From Deltaproteobacteria bacterium (GTDB lineage Bacteria > Desulfobacterota > Binatia > UTPRO1): a DNA stretch of 64,000 nucleotides. Positions 18,335-29,051 of this stretch are shown here, piece after piece (position 1 is the stretch's first letter; every line of letters begins with the position of its first letter). A program made the position numbers and the translations under genes. The stretch is from NCBI GenBank assembly GCA_020848745.1, contig JADLHM010000141.1:38599-102598 (forward strand), given 5' to 3'. The notes beneath the pieces are model-generated. The model was not told the origin of the DNA, searched no databases, and worked only from the letters and a program-made list of their open reading frames with translations.

Positions 18335-18747
18335 ACCTTTCGGCCCTGCCGCACGGAGGGCTGGTGCTCGTCGATACGGCCCCGATCGTCTACGTCCTCG
18401 AAGCGCATCCGCGGCTCGCCTCTCGGTTCCAACCCCTATTCGATCTCCAGGCGGCGGGGGACATTCTCTTCGCGGTGACGACGACGACCGTTGCGGAGGT
18501 CCTGACGGGACCATTGGCCGCTGGCGAGGAGGCGCTGGCACGACGCTATCGCGCCGTGATGGAGTCGTGGCAGGTGATTGACCTGACCACCGATCTCGCG
18601 GAGAGCGCAGCGCGTTTCCGGGCGGTCTTGAAGCTGAAGCTCCCCGATGCGATTCAGGTCGCGAGCGCGATCGCAGTCAACGCCGATGCGCTAGTGACGC
18701 ACGATCGCGACTTTTCGCGCGTAAAGGCGGTGACGATTCTGAGCTGA
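18322..18747 (+). CDS. vapC: PIN-domain toxin VapC
   Basis: 141-aa PIN domain (…GLVLVDTAPIVYVLEA…, …DAIQVASAIAVNADALVTHDRDF…). Confidence 0.8.
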   Translation: MEPLDLSALPHGGLVLVDTAPIVYVLEAHPRLASRFQPLFDLQAAGDILFAVTTTTVAEVLTGPLAAGEEALARRYRAVMESWQVIDLTTDLAESAARFRAVLKLKLPDAIQVASAIAVNADALVTHDRDFSRVKAVTILS

Positions 18748-18894
18748 CGGGCCGGCGACCCATTCGCTCTCGGTCGAGGCCGCGAGCACGATCCGCGCAC
18801 GGGCGCGCCCCGCGAGCTGCTTCGCGATGCCGCTCGTGGACCGGGTCGAATGACCGTTCGCGGCGCCCCGAGGCCTCGGCTATGATGCCGCGTC

Positions 18895-19557
18895 ATGGCG
18901 CGCGCACGCACGGTGAAGCGGGTCGGGGTCCTTCGCGGCACGGGACGGTCGGCGAACGTCGGGGCGGGGCGCTCGGCGACGGTCTCGCGCAAGACCAAGG
19001 AGACCGCAATCGAGCTCTCCCTGAACGTCGACGGCTCGGGCCGCTACGACATCCAGACCGGCGTTCCGTTCCTGAACCACATGCTCGAGCTCTTCACCCG
19101 CCACGGCTTCTTCGACCTCGGCATCCGGGCGACGGGCGACGTCGAGGTCGACGACCACCACACGGTCGAGGACGTCGGTCTTACGCTCGGGCAGGCGTTT
19201 CGCCGGGCGCTCGGCGGCAAGGAGGGTATCCGGCGCTTCGGGGAAGCGACGGTGCCGCTCGACGAGGCGCTGATCCAGGTGGTGGTCGATCTGAGCGGCC
19301 GGCCGTACCTCGCCTGCGGCGTCAAGACCAAGCAGAGCCGCATCGGCACCTTCGACGTGGAGCTCGTCCACGACTTCCTGCTGGCGTTCGTGAACGAGAG
19401 CGGGATGAACCTGCACGTCCGCATGCTCGCGGGACGGAACCCGCATCACATCGTCGAAGCGACCTTCAAAGGCATGGCGCGTGCGCTCGACGCCGCGACC
19501 CAGCGCGATCCGCGGGTCCGGGGCGTGCTCTCGACCAAGGGATCGCTTTCCGGATGA
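18895..19557 (+). CDS. hisB: imidazoleglycerol-phosphate dehydratase
   Basis: IGPD motifs (…RKTKETAIELSLNVDG…, HHTVEDVGLTLG…, HIVEATFKGMARAL…). Confidence 0.95.
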   Translation: MARARTVKRVGVLRGTGRSANVGAGRSATVSRKTKETAIELSLNVDGSGRYDIQTGVPFLNHMLELFTRHGFFDLGIRATGDVEVDDHHTVEDVGLTLGQAFRRALGGKEGIRRFGEATVPLDEALIQVVVDLSGRPYLACGVKTKQSRIGTFDVELVHDFLLAFVNESGMNLHVRMLAGRNPHHIVEATFKGMARALDAATQRDPRVRGVLSTKGSLSG

Positions 19558-20165
19558 ACGGCTGGCCCATCGTCGGGTGGGCGACGCTCGTGGTGGCGGC
19601 GATCGTCGCCGTGATCCTCGGCACCGTCGGCGCCGCTGAGGCGGGGATCCGGATGGTGCTGCGTGCGACCGCGCGTACGTCGGCGGTGTTCTTCACGCTC
19701 GCCTTCGCGGCGTCGGCGCTCCGCCGCCGCTGGCCGAACGCCGCGACGGGCTGGCTCCTGCGCAATCGCCGGCAGCTCGGGGTGTCGTTCGCGGTGTCGC
19801 ACTTCGTGCACCTCCTCGCGATCTTCGCGCTCGTGGGGTGGACGTGGGCCGGGTTTCGCGCCGCCGTGCCGGCGGGAACCCTCGCCGTCGGCGGGCTTGC
19901 CTATACGTTCCTCGTGCTCATGACGCTCACGTCCTTCGACGCGCCGGCCGCTCGGCTCGGGCCGCGCGCGTGGAGGCGTCTGCACACGACCGGCGCCTAC
20001 TATCTGTGGTTCGTCTTCGCGCAGAATTACTTCGTGGCGGCCACGTTTTCGGCCTTCTACTGGCCGTACGCCGCTCTCGTCGCCGGCGCGATGGCGCTCC
20101 GCTGGTTGCCGGCGCCGCGCGCCGCCCGGGCGCCCGTCGACCTGGCGCCGCGGCGGCTGGCCTGA
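19554..20165 (+). CDS. hypothetical integral membrane protein embedded in the his operon
   Basis: 203 aa with ~5 predicted TM helices; ATG overlaps hisB stop (ATGA); ends 5 nt before hisH. Confidence 0.6.
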   Translation: MNGWPIVGWATLVVAAIVAVILGTVGAAEAGIRMVLRATARTSAVFFTLAFAASALRRRWPNAATGWLLRNRRQLGVSFAVSHFVHLLAIFALVGWTWAGFRAAVPAGTLAVGGLAYTFLVLMTLTSFDAPAARLGPRAWRRLHTTGAYYLWFVFAQNYFVAATFSAFYWPYAALVAGAMALRWLPAPRAARAPVDLAPRRLA

Positions 20166-20170
20166 CCGCC

Positions 20171-20818
20171 ATGACCATCGCCGTCATCGACTACGAGATG
20201 GGGAACCTCCGGAGCGTGCAGAAGGCGCTCGAGCGCGTCGGCGCGGACGCCGTCATCACGCGCGATCCGGACGTCATCATGGGCGCGGCGGCGGCGGTGC
20301 TGCCGGGCGTCGGCGCGTTCGGGGCCTGCATGGAGAGCCTCCGGCGTCACGGGCTCGTCGAGCCGGTCAAGATCTTCGCCGCGAGCGGCCGGCCCTTCCT
20401 CGGCATCTGCGTCGGCATGCAGATCCTCTTCGAGGAGAGCGAGGAGTTCGGCCCCGTGCGCGGCCTCGGCATCCTGCCGGGCAGGATCGTGCGCTTCACG
20501 CCCGACCCCGACGGCAAGCGCAAGGTGCCGCAGATGGGGTGGAACGCGCTCCGCATCGTGAAGCGCGCGCCGCACCTCGCCGGCGTGAAGGACGGCGCCC
20601 AGGTCTACTTCGTGCATTCGTACTATCCGGAGCCGGCCGATCCCGAGCTCGTCGCGACGACGACCGACTACGGCTGCACGTTCGCGTCGTCGGTCTGGCA
20701 GGACAACGTCTTCGCGACCCAGTTCCACCCCGAGAAGAGCCAGGCGGTCGGGCTCCGTGTCCTCGCCAACTTCGCCGAGATCGCGGGCGAGACCGGCGCC
20801 GCCGCCGCGGCGCGCTGA
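20171..20818 (+). CDS. hisH: imidazole glycerol phosphate synthase, glutamine amidotransferase subunit
   Basis: MTIAVIDYEMGNLRSVQKALE…GICVGMQILFE…HSYY…FHPEKS (class I GATase triad). Confidence 0.95.
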   Translation: MTIAVIDYEMGNLRSVQKALERVGADAVITRDPDVIMGAAAAVLPGVGAFGACMESLRRHGLVEPVKIFAASGRPFLGICVGMQILFEESEEFGPVRGLGILPGRIVRFTPDPDGKRKVPQMGWNALRIVKRAPHLAGVKDGAQVYFVHSYYPEPADPELVATTTDYGCTFASSVWQDNVFATQFHPEKSQAVGLRVLANFAEIAGETGAAAAAR

Positions 20819-20828
20819 GGTCCCGGAC

Positions 20829-21562
20829 ATGCTGGTGATTCCCGCGATCGACCTGAAGGGCGGACGGTGCGTGCGCCTCGTCCAGGGCGACATGGCGCGT
20901 GAGACGGTCTACGCCGAGGACCCGGTCGCCGTCGCGCGCGGCTTCGAGGCCGCGGGCGCCGAATGGATCCACGTCGTCGACCTCGACGGCGCCGTCAGCG
21001 GCACGCCCGTCAACGAGGAGGCGATCGCCGCCGTGTGTCGCGGCGTCCGAGCCAAGGTGGAAGTCGGCGGCGGCATCCGCGACCTCGCGACGCTCGAGCG
21101 CGCGCTCGGCGCGGGGGCGGGGCGGGTCGTGCTCGGGACGGCGGCGCTCGAGGACCCGACGTTCTTCGCGACCGCGTGTCGCCGTCATCCCGGCCGAATC
21201 CTCGCCGGCATCGACGCCCGCAAGGGCAAGGTCGCGGTCGCGGGCTGGACCAAGGACAGCGCGACCGACGCGGTGGGGCTCGCGGTCGCGGTGCAGCGTG
21301 CGGGCGCTACCGCGATCGTCTTCACCGACATCGCCCGCGACGGGACGGGGGAGGGCGTGAACGCGCCCGCCGTCGACGCGATCGCCGACGCGGTCGACAT
21401 TCCGGTGATCGCTTCCGGGGGCGTGGCATCGCTCGACGACCTCCGCCGCTTGCGCGCCTTGGCGCGCCGCAACCTCGAGGCCGTGATCGTCGGCCGCGCC
21501 ATCTACACCGGCGCCGTCGACCTCGCGACGGCGCTGCGGGTCGGCCGCGGCGAGGAACCCTG

Positions 21563-21563
<1 letters not shown>
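20829..21563 (+). CDS. hisA: 1-(5-phosphoribosyl)-5-[(5-phosphoribosylamino)methylideneamino]imidazole-4-carboxamide isomerase
   Basis: [22 protein letters not shown]… typical HisA. Confidence 0.95.
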
Positions 21564-22339
<776 letters not shown>

Positions 22340-22369
22340 CGGTGAGCGCAGCGCCCGCGCACCGCCCCG

Positions 22370-23311
22370 TCAGTGCGCCTCGAGGAAGCGCTCCGCGTCG
22401 ATCGCGGCCATGCACCCGGTGCCGGCCGCGGTGATGGCCTGCCGGTACACGCGATCCTGCACGTCGCCGCACGCGAAGACGCCCGCGACGTTCGTCTTCG
22501 TCGAGCTCTTCTCGGTGACGAGGTAGCCGTACTCGTCCATCGCGAGCTTGCCCGCGAAGAGCTGCGTGTTGGGCGTGTGGCCGATCGCCATGAACACGCC
22601 GTCGGCCGCCATCTTCGTGCGCTTGCCGGTGCGGGTGTCCTTGAGCGTGACGCCGGTGACGCCGTGGCCCTGCGGCTCGCCGTGGATCTCGTCGATCGTG
22701 GCGTTCATGATCCACTGGATCTTCGGATTGGCGCGGGCGCGGTCCCGCATGATCTTCGACGCCCGGAGCTCGTCGCGCCGGTGCACGACCGTTACCTTGG
22801 CCGCGAACTTCGTGAGGAAGTTGGCCTCCTCCATCGCCGTGTCGCCGCCGCCGACCACCAGCACGTCCTTGTCCTTGAAGAAGAAGCCGTCGCAGGTGGC
22901 GCAGGCCGAGACGCCGTAGCCCATGAGCTTCGTCTCGGATGCGATGCCGAGGAGCTTCGCCTGCGCGCCGGTGGCGATGATGAGGGCGTCGCAGGTGAGC
23001 GTGCCGTCGGCGAGCGTGACGGTGAACGGCCGCTTCGAGAGGTCGACGCCGGTCACGTCGCCCGAGAGGTAGCGGGTTCCGAAACGCTCCGCCTGCTTGC
23101 GGAAGAGCTCCATCAGCTCGGGACCCTGGATGCCGGGTGGAAAGCCGGGGTAGTTCTCGACCTCGGTGGTGATCGTGAGCTGCCCGCCGGGCTGCGTGCC
23201 CTCGACGACGAGCGGCTCGAGATTGGCGCGGGCGGCGTAGAGGCCGGCCGTCGATCCGGCCGGACCGGACCCGAGGATCAACACCTTGGCGTGCGTCGGT
23301 GTGGTCATCGT
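22370..23311 (-). CDS. trxB: thioredoxin-disulfide reductase
   Basis: FAD motif [13 protein letters not shown], redox CATC, NADPH site [12 protein letters not shown]; start set at the second Met (MTTPTHAKV). Confidence 0.9.
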   Translation of the reverse strand, partial: TMTTPTHAKVLILGSGPAGSTAGLYAARANLEPLVVEGTQPGGQLTITTEVENYPGFPPGIQGPELMELFRKQAERFGTRYLSGDVTGVDLSKRPFTVTLADGTLTCDALIIATGAQAKLLGIASETKLMGYGVSACATCDGFFFKDKDVLVVGGGDTAMEEANFLTKFAAKVTVVHRRDELRASKIMRDRARANPKIQWIMNATIDEIHGEPQGHGVTGVTLKDTRTGKRTKMAADGVFMAIGHTPNTQLFAGKLAMDEYGYLVTEKSSTKTNVAGVFACGDVQDRVYRQAITAAGTGCMAAIDAERFLEAH

Positions 23312-23394
23312 GCGACCGTAGTGACCGGCCGACCGGGATGCAAGTTCGGCGGCGGTTGTCATGCGCGCGGGCCGGCAATAGATTCGGCGCCCGC

Positions 23395-23898
23395 ATGGCG
23401 GTGCGTCCTCGACTCTCGCATGTCGACGCCGACGGGCGTGCCCGCATGGTGGACGTCGGCGACAAAGCGGTCACGACGCGCGTCGCGGTCGCCGCGGCGA
23501 CCGTCCGCATGCGGCCCGCGACGCTGCGCCTGATCGCGGCGGGCGGCATGCCGAAGGGCGACGTGCTGGCGGTCGCGCGCCTCGCCGGCGTCATGGCCGC
23601 GAAGCGCACCGCCGACCTGATTCCGCTCTGCCACCCGCTCGCGCTCTCGCACGTCGACGTGCGCCTCACGCCCCGGCCTGCGCGCGCGGCGATCGAGGTC
23701 GAAGCCACGGTGCGCTGCGAGGGAAGGACCGGCGTCGAGATGGAAGCGCTCACGGCGGCGTCGGTCGCGGCGCTCACCGTCTACGACATGTGCAAGGCGG
23801 TCGACCGCGCCATCGAGATCGGCGCCGTTCGCCTGCTCCGCAAGGAGGGTGGGAAGAGCGGAACCTGGATGCGACGCGGCGCCAAGGCGAGAGGCTGA
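23395..23898 (+). CDS. moaC: cyclic pyranopterin monophosphate synthase
   Basis: MoaC conservation (…[18 protein letters not shown]…, …[22 protein letters not shown]…). Confidence 0.9.
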   Translation: MAVRPRLSHVDADGRARMVDVGDKAVTTRVAVAAATVRMRPATLRLIAAGGMPKGDVLAVARLAGVMAAKRTADLIPLCHPLALSHVDVRLTPRPARAAIEVEATVRCEGRTGVEMEALTAASVAALTVYDMCKAVDRAIEIGAVRLLRKEGGKSGTWMRRGAKARG

Positions 23899-23901
23899 GC
23901 C

Positions 23902-25079
<1,178 letters not shown>

Positions 25080-25083
<4 letters not shown>

Positions 25084-25880
25084 TGGACCGGACGGCGAAG
25101 ACGCTGGCCTCCTTCGGTCTCTGGGCAGTGATCCTGCTCACGTGCCCGCCGCTCTTCGTGATCGCGTTCGCGATCTGGCTCGTGACGGCGCCCTTCGATC
25201 GGCGGCTGCGCGTCCTGCACCTGTACTCGTGCGCGTGGGCCTCGCTGTACACGTACGTCTTTCCGTACTGGACGACGACGGTGCGCGATCGAGAGCGCCT
25301 GCGCGACGACCGCGCCTACGTCATCGTCTCAAATCATCAGTCGCTGCTCGACATCCTCGTGCTCTTCCGGCTCTACCGGCACTTCAAGTGGGTCTCCAAG
25401 GAGGAGATCTTCCGCGTGCCCTTCATCGGCTGGAACATGACCCTCAACCGCTACATCCGCATCCGGCGCGGGGACCGGCAGGATGCGGTCCGGATGATGG
25501 CCTCCTGCGGTGCGGCGCTCGAGAGCGGCAGCTCCGTCATGATCTTTCCGGAGGGAACCCGGTCGCTCGACGGCGAGCTGCGCGAGTTCAAGCACGGCGC
25601 CTTCACCCTGGCGCTCGGGCACGGCGTGCCGATCCTGCCGATCGTGCTCGACGGTACGCTCGACGCGCTTCCGAAGCACGGCGTCACGCTGCAGAACTCC
25701 GCCGACATCGTCATCCAGGTGCTCGATCCCATTGCGGTCGGCGGTTTCGACGACGTCGGCGCGCTCCGCGATCACGTACGGTCCGTCATGGCGGAAGCGC
25801 TGCATCGGATCCGCGCGCGGCGCCGCGGCGAGGTGGGGACGCCGTCGCGGCCGGCGCCCCGCGCGGCGCGCTCCGCCTGA
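25080..25880 (+). CDS. plsC: 1-acyl-sn-glycerol-3-phosphate acyltransferase family protein
   Basis: Acyltransferase motifs NHQSLLD and IFPEGTRS; N-terminal TM segment; start overlaps upstream stop. Confidence 0.8.
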
Positions 25881-25938
25881 GGCGCGCCCGCTACGCGTAG
25901 CGATGCGGCGGCCGGCGTGCGGCGCTACGACCGGCGGC

Positions 25939-26631
25939 ATGCCGCATCGTCGATCGCACTCCATCAAGACGTGGCCGGCCTACGAGCGACCGCGCGAGAA
26001 GATGCTCGACGCCGGCCCCGAGCGCCTGTCGGACGCGGAGCTCCTCGCCGTGGTCTTTCCAACCGCGGCACGCGGGGCGCCGAACGCCGTCGATCAAGCG
26101 CGCGTCTGGCTGGAGCGCCTCGGCTCGCTCCGCGGGCTCGTCGACGCGCCGGTGCGCGCGCTCCGCGCCACGCCCGGGATCGGCGCCGCGCGCGCCGCCA
26201 CGGTGCAGGCCCTCGGCGAGCTCGCGCGCCGCTACGGGCAGCAACGGCTCGCCCGCGGGACGCCGCTTCGCACGAGCGCCGAGGTCTACCGGCATTGCGG
26301 CGAGCGCCTGGCGGCGCTTCGCAAGGAACAGTTCCACGTCATCCTGCTCGACGGCAAGAACCGCCCCCTCAAGGACGTGCGCGTCTCGGAGGGCACGCTC
26401 ACGGCGTCGCTCGTCCACCCCCGCGAGGTGTTCGTCCCGGTGATCGAGGAGAGCGCGGCCGCCGTTATCCTCGTCCACAACCACCCGAGCGGCGATCCGA
26501 CGCCGAGCGCGGAGGACATCGCGATCACGCGGCGGCTGCGGGAGGTGGGCGAGCTCATGGGCGTGCAGGTGCTCGACCACGTCATCATCGGGCACGGGCG
26601 CTACGTCAGCTTCTCCGACGAGGGGCTCTGA
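25939..26631 (+). CDS. radC: RadC/UPF0758 family JAB-domain protein
   Basis: …ERPREKMLDAGPERLSDAELLAVV… N-terminus and JAMM-like HNHPSGDPTPSAED motif. Confidence 0.85.
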   Translation: MPHRRSHSIKTWPAYERPREKMLDAGPERLSDAELLAVVFPTAARGAPNAVDQARVWLERLGSLRGLVDAPVRALRATPGIGAARAATVQALGELARRYGQQRLARGTPLRTSAEVYRHCGERLAALRKEQFHVILLDGKNRPLKDVRVSEGTLTASLVHPREVFVPVIEESAAAVILVHNHPSGDPTPSAEDIAITRRLREVGELMGVQVLDHVIIGHGRYVSFSDEGL

Positions 26632-26705
26632 AGAAGGGACGAGGAGTCGTCGCTGGCGGCGGGCGGCGGCGTGCTTCGCGCGGCCAGGCGGACGGACGCT
26701 CCGCC

Positions 26706-27143
26706 CTAGAAGGGGATGTCGTCGTCGTCGGTGGCGGGCGCGCCGCCTCCGCCGCCGCCCATGCCCGCCGCCGGCTCCTCGGGGAATCCCGGGTCGCCGC
26801 CGGTGCCGCGACCGCCGCCGCCGCCGAGGAAGCGCACGTTCTGCGCGATGATCTCGGTGATGTAGCGCTTGTTGCCGTCCTTGTCGTCGTAGGTGCGGGT
26901 GCGGATCTCGCCCTCGACGAACACCTGGCGGCCCTTGCTCAGGAACTTGCCGCAGTTCTCGCCCTGCTTCCCCCAGACGATGACGTTGTGCCACTCGGTA
27001 CGCTCCTGGCGCGTACCCTCGTTGTCGTTCCAGCTCGTGGTGGTCGCGAGCGGGAACTTGCAGACGGCGCGGCCGGTGCCGGTGAAGCGGATCTCGGGAT
27101 CCTTGCCGAGATTGCCGACCAGGATGGCTTTGTTGACCGACAT
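26706..27143 (-). CDS. ssb: single-stranded DNA-binding protein
   Basis: [22 protein letters not shown]…WHNVIVWGK… OB fold plus Gly-rich tail ending DDDIPF. Confidence 0.95.
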   Translation of the reverse strand: MSVNKAILVGNLGKDPEIRFTGTGRAVCKFPLATTTSWNDNEGTRQERTEWHNVIVWGKQGENCGKFLSKGRQVFVEGEIRTRTYDDKDGNKRYITEIIAQNVRFLGGGGGRGTGGDPGFPEEPAAGMGGGGGGAPATDDDDIPF

Positions 27144-27299
27144 GTGACCTCCGGGGGGCGTGGAACTCGTTGACTGCCGCGACGCTTAACAGCGGCCTCC
27201 ACGACCGTCAACGACGACGAGTAGCGGCTGCGTTCTGGCGCCGGCGCCGCCTTTGTGGGAGGCTCGCCGAGTGATGGGCGTGGTCGGCGGAGGGTGGCA

Positions 27300-28955
27300 A
27301 TGAACGACGACGTATTGCGGATCGTCCCCCTCGGTGGTCTCGGCGAGATCGGCCTCAACATGATGCTGATCGAGTACGGCGAGAGCGCCGTTGCGGTCGA
27401 CTGCGGCGTCATGTTTCCCGAGCCGTCGATGCTCGGCATCGACCTCGTCATCCCCGACCTCACGTACCTCCGCGAGCGGCCCGACCGCCTGAAGGCCATC
27501 CTCTGCACGCACGGGCACGAGGACCACGTCGGCGCGCTCCCGTTCGTGACGCGCGAGCTGCCGGTGCCGACCTACGCGACGCCCTTCGCGCACGCGCTCG
27601 TCGCGCAGAAGCTCGAGGAGCACGCGCTCGCGTCGCCGCTCGAGCGCTTCAAGGCGGGCGACACGTGGCGCGTCGGCCCCTTCGAGATCGAGGCGATCCA
27701 CATCACCCACAGCATCGTCGACGCCGTGGGGCTCGCGATCCGGACGCCGCTCGGCACGATCGTCCATACCGGCGACTTCAAGTTCGACCAGACGCCGCTC
27801 GACGGTCTGCCGTCGGACCTGCGCCGCTTCGCGGCGCTCGGCGACGCCGGGGTGCTGGCGTTGCTCTCCGACTCGACCAACGTCGACCGTCCGGGCGTGA
27901 CGCCTTCGGAGCGCAGCCTGACGGCGCGGTTCGAGGCCACCTTCCAGCGCGCGCGCGGACGCGTGCTCGTGGCGACGTTCGCGTCGCACCTGCACCGCAT
28001 CCAGCAGGTGCTCGACGTCTCGGCGAAGACCGGGCGGCGGGTCGCCGTCCTCGGCCGCGGCATGGTGCAGAACGTCCAGACCGGTCAGGAGCTCGGCTAC
28101 CTGCGCGTGCCGTCCGGGCTGATCGTCGATCTCGCGGAGGCGCGCGGCCTGCCGCCCGATCGGGTGACGCTGCTCTCGACCGGGAGCCAGGGCGAGCCGC
28201 TCTCGGCGCTCGCGCGGATCGCGATGGACGACCACAAGCAGGTGAAGATCGAGGCCGGCGACACCGTGATCATGTCGTCGCGCATCATCCCGGGAAACGA
28301 GAAGCCGATCGGCGACGTCATCAACCACCTGTGCCGTCGCGGCGCCGAGGTGCTGCACGAGCCGCTCGCGGGTCTGCACGTGTCCGGACACGCGAGCCAG
28401 TCGGAGCTCCGGCTCATGCTCCAGCTGACGCGTCCCCGCTATTTCGTGCCGGTGCACGGCGAGTACCGCCATCTCGTCCGCCATACCGCGCTCGCCGCCG
28501 AGATGGGGGTCGCGCCGTCCGAGTGCTTCCTGCTCGAGGACGGTGACGTCCTCGAGATCGACGCCGCGGGCGCGCGCCGCGCCGAGCCGGTGGCGTCGGG
28601 GCGCGTCTTCGTCGACGGCAAAGGCGTCGGCGACGTCGGCGACGTCGTGTTGCGCGATCGTCGGCACCTCTCCGACGGCGGCCTCGTGCTCGCCATCCTC
28701 GCCGTGAACCAGCACACCGGCGAGATCATCTCGGGCCCCGACCTCATCTCGCGCGGCTTCGTCTTCGAGGACGACAGCCAGCCGTATTTCGAGCGCGCCA
28801 AGGAAGCGGTCCTCGAGGCGCTGGCGGCGCTCGCCCCGGAGTCGCGCACGGTGCCCGCCGAGGTGAAGGAAGAGATGCGGAAGACCCTGCGGCGCTACTT
28901 CAAGAAGACGCTCGAGCGGCGGCCCGTGATCCTCCCGGTCGTGATGGAGCTCTGA
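27300..28955 (+). CDS. rnj: ribonuclease J (MBL/beta-CASP)
   Basis: HGHEDHVGALP metallo-beta-lactamase motif and beta-CASP region; ~550 aa. Confidence 0.9.
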   Translation: MNDDVLRIVPLGGLGEIGLNMMLIEYGESAVAVDCGVMFPEPSMLGIDLVIPDLTYLRERPDRLKAILCTHGHEDHVGALPFVTRELPVPTYATPFAHALVAQKLEEHALASPLERFKAGDTWRVGPFEIEAIHITHSIVDAVGLAIRTPLGTIVHTGDFKFDQTPLDGLPSDLRRFAALGDAGVLALLSDSTNVDRPGVTPSERSLTARFEATFQRARGRVLVATFASHLHRIQQVLDVSAKTGRRVAVLGRGMVQNVQTGQELGYLRVPSGLIVDLAEARGLPPDRVTLLSTGSQGEPLSALARIAMDDHKQVKIEAGDTVIMSSRIIPGNEKPIGDVINHLCRRGAEVLHEPLAGLHVSGHASQSELRLMLQLTRPRYFVPVHGEYRHLVRHTALAAEMGVAPSECFLLEDGDVLEIDAAGARRAEPVASGRVFVDGKGVGDVGDVVLRDRRHLSDGGLVLAILAVNQHTGEIISGPDLISRGFVFEDDSQPYFERAKEAVLEALAALAPESRTVPAEVKEEMRKTLRRYFKKTLERRPVILPVVMEL

Positions 28956-29051
28956 GCCGCGAGGGCGCCGATGCGCGGCCGGTCCGCGGACGTTCGGGAC
29001 TTGCGCCTACCGGGCCGTCCGTGACAAGTCTCAAGCGGTCCGTCGCTGGGG

